The notes: generated by a model not told the origin, from the letters alone. Numbered from the stretch's first letter, positions 1 to 8,706 are shown. The stretch: DNA of 21,450 bases from a virus (IMGVR_UViG_3300029214_000123), one strand, 5' to 3'. Program-made: numbers and translations.

Positions 1-93
1 CCCCCTGTTCGGGGTCCATCCCTCTTCTCCCTGCGCGCTACTTAAGTATTTTTGATTCTATTCCGGCACCGTCCAGAACTTCAAACGCGTTGA

Positions 94-123
94 AAATAAA
101 AACAAAAACCCGCCGAAGCGGGT
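94..123 (-). terminator. Rho-independent terminator at the end of the relB-relE-hokD operon
   Basis: Perfect 6-bp stem acccgc/gcgggt (108-113 / 118-123) with cgaa loop; on the minus strand the hairpin is followed by a U-run (plus-strand A-run 94-107), just downstream of hokD. Confidence 0.6.
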
Positions 124-192
124 TAAGTGCGGGTGCGTTGAGGATGCCTGACACATCAGAGGTGGCGAGGGATTTCTCCCCCGCCAGGTCTC

Positions 193-348
193 TTACTCCT
201 CAGGTTCGTAAGCTGTGAAGACAGCGACCTCCGTCTGGCCGGTTCGGATTCGTACCTCGCAGAGGTCTTTCCTCGTTACCAGTGCCGTCACTATGACGGT
301 TAAACAGATGACGATCAGGGCGATTAACATCGCCTTTTGCTGCTTCAT
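193..348 (-). CDS. hokD: Hok-family type I toxin (HokD/RelF), 51 aa
   Basis: Hand translation of the minus strand gives MKQQKAMLIALIVICLTVIVTALVTRKDLCEVRIRTGQTEVAVFTAYEPEE, which matches my memory of HokD; stop TAA at 193-195; sits just downstream of relE as in the K-12 Qin prophage. Below the 60-aa ORF track threshold. Confidence 0.9.
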   Translation of the reverse strand: MKQQKAMLIALIVICLTVIVTALVTRKDLCEVRIRTGQTEVAVFTAYEPEE

Positions 349-419
349 AGCCTGCTTCTCCTGTCAACGCAAAGCAGAAGTGTCACCTTCGGTGCGAAAC
401 AGAGATGTCATGCTTTGGT

Positions 420-707
420 TCAGAGAATGCGTTTGACCGCCTCGCTATATACTTCCGAGCGTTCTCTTTTCCCAACAGAAATCACGAAAACGACAACTTT
501 CTCGTCTATAACCTGGTATACAAGGCGATAGCCTGAAGACCGGAGCTTAATCTTGTAACAATCAGGCATACCACGGAGCTTGTTTGCTTCAATCCGGGGT
601 GACTCAAGTACTTCAACCAGCTTCTTTTTCAACTGTTCACGTACCGTCGAGCCCAGCTTTCGCCATTCCTTTAGTGCCCGCTCGTCAAAATCCAGAAAAT
701 ACGCCAT
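420..707 (-). CDS. relE: RelE mRNA interferase toxin (type II TA)
   Basis: 95-aa ORF MAYFLDFDERALKEWRKLG... matches RelE as I recall it; its ATG overlaps the relB stop (ATGA overlap at 705-709). Confidence 0.95.
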   Translation of the reverse strand: MAYFLDFDERALKEWRKLGSTVREQLKKKLVEVLESPRIEANKLRGMPDCYKIKLRSSGYRLVYQVIDEKVVVFVISVGKRERSEVYSEAVKRIL

Positions 708-946
708 CAGAGTTCATCCAGCGTCACACGTACTGGCTTAGGATTACGAAGCCGTTCTTTCACTATCTCCACAAGTTCAGCATCTTCATCACTCAGGAGT
801 GTCTGTTTGAACGGCAAGCGTTCATTGTCAGCGATATACTCGAGCATGAGACGAAGCGCTTCAGAAGGAGTTACACCCATTTTTTCAAGCGCGGCGTAAG
901 AACGCGCTTTAAGTTCATCGTCAATACGCAGGTTAATGCTACCCAT
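707..946 (-). CDS. relB: RelB antitoxin
   Basis: 79-aa ORF MGSINLRIDDELKARSYA... matches RelB as I recall it; directly upstream of and translationally coupled to relE. Confidence 0.95.
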   Translation of the reverse strand: MGSINLRIDDELKARSYAALEKMGVTPSEALRLMLEYIADNERLPFKQTLLSDEDAELVEIVKERLRNPKPVRVTLDEL

Positions 947-957
947 GTCTTACACCT

Positions 958-983
958 CTTGTAATTACAAATGTCATTACAAG
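958..983. promoter_or_regulatory. relBE operator/promoter palindrome (relO-like)
   Basis: cttgtaattacaaatgtcattacaag: inverted hexad repeats (TTGTAAT / ATTACAA) about 12 bp upstream of the relB start codon, the expected place for RelB-RelE autorepression. Confidence 0.7.
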
Positions 984-1276
984 TATCGCACTACAACATG
1001 CTTAGGGCAAGTCACGAAGGAAGTCAGAAAGTAGTCGTAAGAACGGTGATCACTGTCCGCTTTGTGCCAGGAGCAGCCATTGCTAAGTCCATCCTGTATT
1101 GTGCAGGTCAGCTCGTTTTTAAAGAGTCCGGCCATCATCTTACTGGTACAGACACCATATACTTTGTGACGGTCAGGCTACATATGCACAACTCAACTTA
1201 TTCATCTATTTTTTGCTTTAGCATGTCAGTGTTGCTTTCTCGTCGGCGGGTGAGCGGTGACCTGACCTGTCGATAA
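971..1276 (+). CDS. ydfV: Hypothetical prophage ORF divergent from relB (ydfV-like by position and length)
   Basis: 101-aa ORF in the position and size I recall for K-12 ydfV; no clear SD and it starts inside the rel operator, so it may not be a real protein. Confidence 0.3.
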   Translation: MSLQVSHYNMLRASHEGSQKVVVRTVITVRFVPGAAIAKSILYCAGQLVFKESGHHLTGTDTIYFVTVRLHMHNSTYSSIFCFSMSVLLSRRRVSGDLTCR

Positions 1277-1428
1277 AGGAACGTAGCACGTTTTATGCAA
1301 CACCCGCATGCGGCAGAAAATTATTGCCGAACGTTTACCCCTGTCAACAAGCTTTACTTTCTGAGGCGCGCCAGCCCGCGAGGAAAACAATCTGAACATC
1401 AAACAATTAATGACACAAGAAATACGAT

Positions 1429-1455
1429 TAAAGATTTTTTTGTGCATGCCGATAG
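1429..1455 (+). promoter_or_regulatory. FliA (sigma-28) class promoter for flxA
   Basis: TAAAGATT (1429-1436), 11-bp spacer, GCCGATAG (1448-1455): near-perfect match to the sigma-28 consensus TAAAGTTT-N11-GCCGATAA, about 24 bp upstream of the flxA ATG. Confidence 0.7.
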
Positions 1456-1478
1456 TGCTTTTTTAAAAGGAGAAATCT

Positions 1479-1814
1479 ATGNNNNNNNNNNNNNNNNNNN
1501 NNNNNNNNNNAACCGTTATTTCAAACAACTCCGCCCCGGAAGGAACATCAGAAATAGCCAAAATCACAAGACAAATTCAGGTGCTGACTGAAAAGCTTGG
1601 GAAAATCTCATCGGAAGAGGGGATGACGACACAGCAGAAAAAAGAAATGGCTGCATTGGTACAGAAGCAAATTGAAAGCCTCAGGGCTCAACTGGAGCAG
1701 TTGTTAAGGCAGCAGGCAGAGAAAAAGAATAAAGACGCGACAGTTCAGCCTGATAAAAAAGAAGAGAAAAAAGACGATACAAATACCGCTGGCACCATTG
1801 ATATTTACGTCTAA
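1479..1814 (+). CDS. flxA: FlxA (FliA-regulated prophage protein); codons 2-11 masked by an N-run
   Basis: 111-aa ORF ...TVISNNSAPEGTSEIAKITRQIQVLTEKLGK... matches FlxA as I recall it; GGAG SD before the ATG at 1479; N-run 1482-1510 inside the gene. Confidence 0.8.
   Translation: MXXXXXXXXXXTVISNNSAPEGTSEIAKITRQIQVLTEKLGKISSEEGMTTQQKKEMAALVQKQIESLRAQLEQLLRQQAEKKNKDATVQPDKKEEKKDDTNTAGTIDIYV
1482..1510. other. Run of 29 N (assembly gap or masked bases) inside flxA
   Basis: Literal n characters in the sequence. Confidence 1.
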
Positions 1815-2250
1815 GTGACAGCCGTATTGTGGCCCTCATCGGGCCACTTTTCGCCATCAGCCTTTTCTTTAAAGACATATTATCTTTGTATCATTTCTGA
1901 TAGTTAACATTACAAGATATAAGTAATGGACGCACTCCCAATTAGTCTATTTAAATCGCCACGAGTTTAACTGACAACCCATGATCAATTATGAATTGCA
2001 ACTATTTCTGTAGTCACTTTTGTGGGGACAGTCCACAAAACTGCCAACTTCCGCTTCTTGCTCTTAGCGGACATTAGCATAGGCTATTTACCATAACGCC
2101 TCATTACGCGCACCGCCCAGACTGACTCAGCGCGTTTCTGGCATATCCCCGGTAAAACAAGTAACAAACCACCCGAAAATGAACACCAGAAACGCGACTT
2201 AAGAATCTACCCTATGAATGGATATGCACTCAACCGAATCGATCTTGGTT

Positions 2251-3601
2251 TCAATCTTTTTTATCGGGATCAGGCTTCTTTTTAGGTAACTTCGGGGGCT
2301 TAACTTGCTGATGACTTTGCGTTCGGCGCGTAAGCCAGGGATGGTCAGCTTTAGGTTTAACATAGTATTTTGAGCGTAAATCAATACGGGCATTATCCAC
2401 TCGTTCATGGACACTCTTTTCATCATCCAGTGGTATAGGCTCCGGGCCATCAACATACTTTTCCCAGCCCAGCGCTTTCCCGTCATACAGAACGTTAATT
2501 TCACCGTCAAAGTTCTCGCATACAGTAACAACCGAATGCCTAAGTCGATATCCCCGGCCCTCACTGCGTACCTGAAACGCACTGCTTTTGTACTGGAAAG
2601 TGAGATTTTTAGACAGAACGCGCTTCGCCTGTAGGCTGAAGATATAACCCAGTTCCTCTTCAGAATGGTGCACATCAAGATGAGCATTATCAGTAGTACG
2701 AGGCGACGTAGCGAACCGGTTGTTATAGGCTTCAATAAAGGTCGGCAACCATGCATTTGCTGTTTCAATATCACTGATATTCTGAAGCCGCATTTCTTTG
2801 ACCAGCCTGTCCTGTAGTGTCTGATTGGCGCGCTCTACCCGCCCTTTTGCCTGCGGGCTGTTGGCATGGATTGGCTCGATGCCCAGTGTCTTTATCGCAC
2901 GAGTGAACTGGGTCAGCTCACCTTCCCGCTCTGGGTTATTTACCCTGAATATACTGTGTCTATCAGAGTAGAGAGCGAGCGGTACGCCATGATCATTAAG
3001 GTAACCCCGGAGGGTTTCCATGTAAGCCCGGGTTGTTTCAGCAGGCACAAAACGCAACGCCATCAACGCACTGGTGGCATCATCAATGAAAACGATCAGT
3101 GTACATCTGGGGCCTCGATTTTCAAACCAGTCATGAGGTGAGCCATCAATCTGGATCAGTTCACCGTAAGATGGTCGTCGCATGCGGCGTTGATATATAC
3201 GGGCAATTTTACGACGGCGTTCACGCCATACCCCCCTCTTCTATCATCCACTTTCTGAGAGTTTCAACGGATAAAGATAAACCGTGTATCTCGCGCAATT
3301 TTTCGCACGCAAACGTAGGTCCAAAATCAGCGTAACGGCCTTTGAGGAGTAAAATTACTGTTGCTCTGAATTCAGTAGAAAAGGAATTATTAGGACGCTT
3401 TCCACGTCGGTGGGAAACCAGACCAGAAGGCCCTTCATTTCTATACCGTTGCNNNNNNNNNNNNNNNNNNNNNNNNNNNNNNNNNNNNNNNNNNNNNCGT
3501 GCCGCAGCTTGTTCCTGAGTAATATGTCGATTAATTGACTCCTGAATAATCTGAAGTCGGTGGAGTTCCTTATGACTCATCGTAACAGTTTCTTTGGTCA
3601 T
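2251..3601 (-). mobile_element. IS element transposase gene: N-terminal HTH plus DDE (rve-type) catalytic core, about 450 aa; disrupted by a 1-bp frameshift in a poly-G tract and by an N-run (pseudogene or sequencing error)
   Basis: ORFs 3221..3601 (HTH-like N-terminus) and 2251..3183 (D...D...E core: IDGSPHDWF, YSDRHSIF, GRVERANQTL) are offset by +1. They fuse into one reading frame if the C6 run at 3231-3236 (G6 on the coding strand) is shortened by one base. No A6G slippery heptamer. IS boundaries and inverted repeats were not resolved; family is uncertain (single-ORF IS481/ISNCY-like). Confidence 0.7.
3453..3497. other. Run of 45 N inside the transposase gene
   Basis: Literal n characters. 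Confidence 1.
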
Positions 3602-3935
3602 GAAAAATCCCCCAGAGAATTGTCTGGGGACATTTTAGAATGGTTCAAAGGGGACATTACAGCTTGGTGTTAACAATAGCCTGCTTCTCCTTGCCTTTCG
3701 GCACGTAAGAGGCTAACCTACATGTGTCTGGCATGAAATTGGCCTCAGATTAATGTTAAGCGTCTTGCAGGACGCGTAATGTTAACTGGGGCTTTTCTCT
3801 ACCTGCCGTTGGTGTTCGTGCCCGAGGCAGATAGCCTCAAGCACCCGCAGTCATTCTACTTAACTAAGATTTCCCCGCAAACCGTTTTTGTCCAGCACAG
3901 TAAATATCCAACTAAACCAATGGAGTTCGCTGTAT

Positions 3936-4154
3936 TTACCGCCAGTATTCAATGCACATGACCGCCATGAACACCCCTAAAAAAAGGGCATTTATATATC
4001 CAAATATTAATATCAAAACATCAACTTTTTCCATATACCTTGCTGTGAAGATGATGGGCATACATGATGCGAACAACCAGAACGCAACAAACAAAAACTG
4101 CAATGCGTTTTTCATTATTCCTCCTACAATCAATGTGCAATTACATTTAAACAC
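3936..4154 (-). CDS. Hypothetical small membrane protein (72 aa)
   Basis: ORF with two hydrophobic stretches (LQFLFVAFWLFASCMPIIF, LILIFGYINALFLGVFMAVM); AT-rich surroundings, no clear SD. Confidence 0.25.
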   Translation of the reverse strand: MFKCNCTLIVGGIMKNALQFLFVAFWLFASCMPIIFTARYMEKVDVLILIFGYINALFLGVFMAVMCIEYWR

Positions 4155-5269
4155 ACCTCAATTTGGCCGGACATATAAATATCTAAACCAGAAAAAATCA
4201 CTTACATAGCGTTACAAACTCTTTAGTCTAAAGGTTCATCGTAAAACATTCCCCATACTTATCAGTCCGTTCCGCGCCAGGTAGCTCATTGCCTTATCTG
4301 GCAACCTGTAATCAGGTTTCCGCTTTTTCAGTTGGCTGGTCGTTTAACCGACATAGTTAACCCATTAATCTAGTTGCCGGATGTTGGTGGATTTTCGCGT
4401 TTTAGTTGTTCATAAAAGTGCACAGCTTTAACCAATTCTTCTGATGTAACCGGGACTGGTGAGGCAGTGAATAAGGCCTGAATTTGATAGTTCGGCCTGT
4501 CGTTACAATCCTCTTTTTTCGGTACATATTTCCAGTCACCAGACCACTACTTCCCCTGAAAGTCCGTAACGCCTTTTTTTTCACGTAGCGATATCGCCAT
4601 GCCACTGTTTTTGCTTGCCCCGCCGTTTCATGCCCTTCCTGATAATTAACCTCGCTCATTCATCGCCCCACTCATCACAATATGCTTCGACCGGAGTTTT
4701 TCCCGCTTCATAGTCATCACGCTAGGATTCGACATCAGCAGCACTTCCACCGCGTAACTCACCATAGTCCATTAATAGTTCATCCCGCTCTTCAAAACTG
4801 ATGTTATATTTAGCTGAACAAAAATCAGCCACTTTGTTCTTCCTCATCGTCTTTTATTTCGTGGTATGAGTAATTGCAGTAGTTAAAGAAAATTTCTTAT
4901 GCTCCGTCATGAATTTCATCAGGTGTTGCGTCATCGTCCACTTCGAATACATCCTCAAAATCTCCACCAGCTATTCCCGTTTCAATAATAATTTTGAACT
5001 TTCGCATTTCACTACCGCCCTTTCGGGCGGCCTCCTGATGTTCTGAGGGTGCAGAAATCCATCCGGTTAAGGATTAAGTTTTATTTACAGAACTGAATTT
5101 AATTATTCAGATATACGTATCTGTAACCTTACGAATCTACTCACTGGATGCCTCTTTCATAAAAATAATCCAGTGGGTTTTATCGTTTTTTCCCTGTTCG
5201 TTGACAGATAACAGGCTTTCTATCTGTCAGTGCCAGAATCTGGCTTACCGGTATTTGCGTTTCATTCCA

Positions 5270-5626
5270 TTAAAAAATCAGAACGCCGTGCGGCCTCAAC
5301 ACCCGAAAAGCTTCTTTAAATCTCTGTCGCAAATCATCACGCCAGGCATCTTTATTCAGCCGTCCATATTTCTTTCCCATCCAGGCGTTATCACCAACAC
5401 GCTCAAGATGCGGAGGGTCTAATACAACCATCGAAAAAGATGCGTCTGCAAATGATAATGCACGAAAATCTGCGATAATGTCAGGGCTGATAATCAAGCG
5501 TCTCCCATTGCGTAATGTGTATCCTTCTTTTCTGATATCGCTAAATATCGCCCGTTCGTCAGACTTATCGAACCAGAACATGCGGCTGCCACAGCACATA
5601 TCAAGAATGGTTGCCGGTGCACTCAC
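5270..5626 (-). CDS. Prophage DNA methyltransferase-like protein (YfdM-like), possibly truncated
   Basis: 118-aa ORF with SAM-binding-like MCCGS motif and DPPH catalytic-like motif (VVLDPPHLE); short for a complete methyltransferase. Confidence 0.55.
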   Translation of the reverse strand: MSAPATILDMCCGSRMFWFDKSDERAIFSDIRKEGYTLRNGRRLIISPDIIADFRALSFADASFSMVVLDPPHLERVGDNAWMGKKYGRLNKDAWRDDLRQRFKEAFRVLRPHGVLIF

Positions 5627-6045
5627 TGCGCCACGTCCTGAAAATTACCCTGATAGAAAGCCAGTATGCGCTGCATAACTTCGCTCTTCCGGCACTCGCG
5701 ACAGATTATGTTTAGGCGACTGTCGTAGCGACGTATTTCTCCGTCAGGTGATGACCAGATAAGGTCCGGATCAACCACAGCAGGTTTCTTCACCTTTGCC
5801 CTCGAGAGTTTTTTGCGGGCGTTTTGCCAGTCCTTACGCGCCTGTTCAGAGGGGAATAACCCGTAGCCGGAGTTGTATACATCGCCACTGGCTACCAGCT
5901 CTCTGGCAAGAACGCTCATCAGATATCTAGTCGCACCTGTTTTAGCTTCCAGTTGCCGTAACGTCTCACGGCCGCTCTGGCGCACGAGTTCCACCACCTG
6001 CCATTTAATTTTTTCCCGCTCTTCTTGTGTAAAAACTTTTGCCAC
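5623..6045 (-). CDS. Hypothetical prophage protein (140 aa) in the leftward early/replication operon
   Basis: ORF co-oriented with and overlapping (ATGA-type) the downstream methyltransferase-like gene; basic C-terminus. Confidence 0.5.
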   Translation of the reverse strand: MAKVFTQEEREKIKWQVVELVRQSGRETLRQLEAKTGATRYLMSVLARELVASGDVYNSGYGLFPSEQARKDWQNARKKLSRAKVKKPAVVDPDLIWSSPDGEIRRYDSRLNIICRECRKSEVMQRILAFYQGNFQDVAQ

Positions 6046-6085
6046 AAGTCCCCCTTAAAATTACCTCATGACCTGAAATCAACAC

Positions 6086-7051
6086 TTATCCTCTGAAACC
6101 AGGCGGAATTTCTGTATCCGGTTCAGAAATATGATTAACACAACGCTGTACAGGTGAACGTCCCAGGCGGATGACCAGTTCGTCCCATTTTTCGCGGAGC
6201 TTTGACGGGCTCATGATGTTTTTTACCCAGAATGGATCTCGCTGAACCCGACCAAACATTTCGCAAATTTGTCTGTGGCTTCTGCCATCCAGCATCCGCA
6301 TTGTGCGCACGTCATTGGCCCAGGCAGTCCAGTTAGGCTCTTTTGGTCGCATGATCTCGCCATCATCACTGGCTGCCTGTTCGTAGAGACCCACGATCCG
6401 CCCCCAGATCCACTGCGCACACGCCAAATCCTCCCTGCTACCCCACTGGCGTTTTTTCGCACTAAACACAACCGCGTCGGAGTTCCGGGTTAAAAAATCC
6501 TGTTCAGTCGTCTGCGGGTCCGGTTGCGAAGCTTCCGGACGAAAAGTGTTTTTATTCTCTGTAGTAATCTCTGTTGTATTCTCTGTAAGATCATCAGGCC
6601 ATTTTGACCCGATGACATTGGGTCGTTTTGAATCAATGGAGCGTTTCATTTTGACCTCTTCCATCGTGTCATTTTGACCTGATGGAGCGGCGCATTTTGA
6701 ACCGATGGATTCGCTCAATTTGCCACCATCTAAAAGCTCGCTCCCATAGTTGATCGTGTAGAAATTGGTCATATCGCGCTTTGATTTATTGAGCTTTTCA
6801 CAACGCAAAAGCCCCAGCGTTTTCAGACTTGCAAACGCGCGCTTTAACGTTGACTCTGACCAGAATGGGAACTGTTCCAGCCATTGTTCCGTTGTGTTAT
6901 AAATCCAGCGAACACCATCACATTCCATGCCGGAGTTGGTATCTCTCAACCAGTAGTGCAGTTGTTGCAAAACAATGGCTTCGTTTAAGCCAATTTTCAT
7001 TGCCAGCTGCGTGTTTATAACCAGTGGGCGTTCAGCAAAAAGAAGGCTCAT
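6086..7051 (-). CDS. Putative phage replication initiation / replisome-organizer protein (lambda O-like position)
   Basis: Long ORF (track 6086..7105); internal ATG at 7051-7049 (MSLLFAERPL...) is the more likely start. Sits downstream of the cro-like dicC in the leftward operon where lambdoid replication genes are found. Functional call is by position and general resemblance only. Confidence 0.5.
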   Translation of the reverse strand: MSLLFAERPLVINTQLAMKIGLNEAIVLQQLHYWLRDTNSGMECDGVRWIYNTTEQWLEQFPFWSESTLKRAFASLKTLGLLRCEKLNKSKRDMTNFYTINYGSELLDGGKLSESIGSKCAAPSGQNDTMEEVKMKRSIDSKRPNVIGSKWPDDLTENTTEITTENKNTFRPEASQPDPQTTEQDFLTRNSDAVVFSAKKRQWGSREDLACAQWIWGRIVGLYEQAASDDGEIMRPKEPNWTAWANDVRTMRMLDGRSHRQICEMFGRVQRDPFWVKNIMSPSKLREKWDELVIRLGRSPVQRCVNHISEPDTEIPPGFRG

Positions 7052-7553
7052 AATTCCATCCAGCTTTTTGTTGGTATTGCTGTCGATACGCAAGCTTGAA
7101 AGCAATTGCTTTTTCTATAAGTTCGTCAGTTTCACGATCCACTACGGCAGGATCAGCAAAAAGCAGTCCGGACTCCACCACATCGCCATATTCTTTGTTT
7201 AACCCGGCGATCATGCACGTGATGCTTTTTCCGTCAGTAATTTCACGATACAACCTGAAATCACTAATCCGGATAGCCTCCATAATCGCAGGCACTAGCG
7301 CCGTGAACTTTTCACGCTTATCCCTGGTGTCGATAGCCTTCCAGCGTTCGAATATCTTCACTCGATTAACACCAAGCGCTCGCTGATCAACCGCGCCACC
7401 TTCATCTGTGACACGCTGAACATCGATGTTCGGGCGCTCTTTCAAAGCCCAGAATGCTTCAGTGATTAATATCGTCGCCTGCTCCTGTGTCATTCCTGGT
7501 CGACATATCCAGGCATCCAGAGCCTCACGAGCCTGTTCAGGAGTGATTTTCAT
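7032..7553 (-). CDS. Hypothetical prophage protein (173 aa) immediately downstream of dicC
   Basis: ORF overlaps the dicC 3' end by 17 nt and the next gene by about 20 nt (compact operon organisation); function unknown. Confidence 0.45.
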   Translation of the reverse strand: MKITPEQAREALDAWICRPGMTQEQATILITEAFWALKERPNIDVQRVTDEGGAVDQRALGVNRVKIFERWKAIDTRDKREKFTALVPAIMEAIRISDFRLYREITDGKSITCMIAGLNKEYGDVVESGLLFADPAVVDRETDELIEKAIAFKLAYRQQYQQKAGWNYEPSFC

Positions 7554-7764
7554 TGTTCAACCGCCCCGCCCGCTTCGTCTTACGATATTCATCATAAACT
7601 TTGGGATCATACTGAAGCTCCCCGCCAGATGCCTCCTGTAGACGCATCGCGCGACCTTCAGGAACCAGTATCCCCCAAGCAGCAACACTTGCCAGCCTCA
7701 CTCCTGCGGCATTGGCAAGCTTTGTTTTGCTGCCAAAAAAAGTAATTGCGTCAACTTTAAGCAT
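7537..7764 (-). CDS. dicC: DicC, Cro-like repressor of division inhibition
   Basis: ORF ...FGSKTKLANAAGVRLASVAAWGILVPEGRAMRLQEASGGELQYDPKVYDEYRKTKRAGRLNNENHS matches DicC as I recall it; the track ORF begins at a TTG (7767), the first ATG is at 7764; divergent from dicA. Confidence 0.85.
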   Translation of the reverse strand: MLKVDAITFFGSKTKLANAAGVRLASVAAWGILVPEGRAMRLQEASGGELQYDPKVYDEYRKTKRAGRLNNENHS

Positions 7765-7778
7765 CAAATCCCCCTCTT

Positions 7779-7794
7779 GTTAGAGTTTTCTAAC
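7779..7794. promoter_or_regulatory. Operator-like palindrome in the dicC-dicA divergent promoter region
   Basis: gTTAGAgttttTCTAAc inverted repeat between the dicC and dicA start codons. Confidence 0.55.
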
Positions 7795-7844
7795 ATTATT
7801 GTGCGCGGGATACCTAAGTCAAGAAAAATTAGAATTACCTAACT

Positions 7845-8252
7845 ATGGATACAAGAACCCTGGGCCAGCGAGTTCTGGCGCGACGAAAAGAATTACGCTT
7901 AACACAACGAGAAGCCGCGCGCCTCGCTGGAGTTGCTCACGTCACAATTTCACAATGGGAAAGAGACGAAACCCAGCCAGTCGGAAAACGATTGTTTGCT
8001 TTAGCGGATGCTCTGAAGTGCTCACCTACATGGCTAATGTTTGGTGACGAAGACAAGGCACCAGTGCCTGCACAAGAACTTCATGTGGAAACAGAGCTAA
8101 CTCCCAACCACAAAGAATTGATCGAATTATTCGATGCTCTTCCATCTTCCGAGCAGGAAGCCTTGCTGTCTGAAATGCGCGCAAGAGTAGAAAACTTCAA
8201 CAAACTCTTCGAAGAAATGCTTAAAGCGCGTAAAAATAAATCAATAAAATAA
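7845..8252 (+). CDS. dicA: DicA, XRE-family HTH repressor (CI-like)
   Basis: 135-aa ORF with HTH (LTQREAARLAGVAHVTISQWERDETQP) and C-terminus ...EMRARVENFNKLFEEMLKARKN matching DicA as I recall it. Confidence 0.9.
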   Translation: MDTRTLGQRVLARRKELRLTQREAARLAGVAHVTISQWERDETQPVGKRLFALADALKCSPTWLMFGDEDKAPVPAQELHVETELTPNHKELIELFDALPSSEQEALLSEMRARVENFNKLFEEMLKARKNKSIK

Positions 8253-8287
8253 CATTCTTTTCAAGTGATTAGTTGCGCCCACCCTTT

Positions 8288-8307
8288 TTGTTAGATCAAT
8301 CTAACAA
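8288..8307. promoter_or_regulatory. Second DicA-type operator palindrome upstream of ydfA
   Basis: ttGTTAGATcaATCTAACaa: same TTAGA/TCTAA half-sites as the 7779-7794 palindrome, placed at the start of the rightward ydfABC-dicF operon. Confidence 0.55.
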
Positions 8308-8420
8308 AAAACACTTGCCTCTCATGTTAGGTTATTCTAAATTATTTTCCATCAAGACACCGCACGGTGTTCTCAGCAAACAGTTCCGCTACCCCGGCGT
8401 TAAGGGGAAATGAGGTCAGC

Positions 8421-8576
8421 ATGGATACTATCGATCTTGGCAACAACGAATCTCTGGTGTACGGCGTGTTTCCAAACCAGGACGGCACGTTCACCGCAAT
8501 GACGTATACCAAAAGCAAAACGTTTAAAACCGAATCTGGAGCGCGTCGCTGGCTGGAAAGAAATTCAGGTGGGTGA
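8421..8576 (+). CDS. ydfA: YdfA (small prophage protein, 51 aa)
   Basis: MDTIDLGNNESLVYGVFPNQDGTFTAMTYTKSKTFKTESGARRWLERNSGG from the ATG at 8421 (track ORF starts upstream at a GTG); SD-like aggggaaatgagg upstream. Confidence 0.8.
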   Translation: MDTIDLGNNESLVYGVFPNQDGTFTAMTYTKSKTFKTESGARRWLERNSGG

Positions 8577-8577
8577 T

Positions 8578-8706
8578 ATGGATTTCGACACAATCATGGA
8601 AAAGGCTTACGAAGAATACTTCGAAGGCCTTGCCGAAGGCGAAGAAGCTCTCAGCTTCAGCGAATTTAAACAGGCGCTTGCCAGTTCGGCAAAATCTAAC
8701 GGCTGA
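8578..8706 (+). CDS. ydfB: YdfB (42 aa)
   Basis: Hand translation MDFDTIMEKAYEEYFEGLAEGEEALSFSEFKQALASSAKSNG; starts 2 nt after the ydfA stop; below the ORF track threshold. Confidence 0.75.
   Translation: MDFDTIMEKAYEEYFEGLAEGEEALSFSEFKQALASSAKSNG

Noticed and set aside
215-964. Plus-strand ORFs 215..436, 337..531 and 584..964
   Set aside because: They lie antisense to hokD, relE and relB, which are confidently identified; typical shadow ORFs.
2251-3601. IS3-family two-ORF transposase with programmed -1 frameshift
   Set aside because: The frames are offset by +1 rather than -1, there is no A6G slippery heptamer, and removing one G from a G6 run fuses them; a simple indel or homopolymer error in a single-ORF transposase fits better.
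4402-4659. 85-aa basic ORF on the minus strand
   Set aside because: Highly basic, low-complexity composition in an AT-rich decayed region with no RBS; probably spurious.
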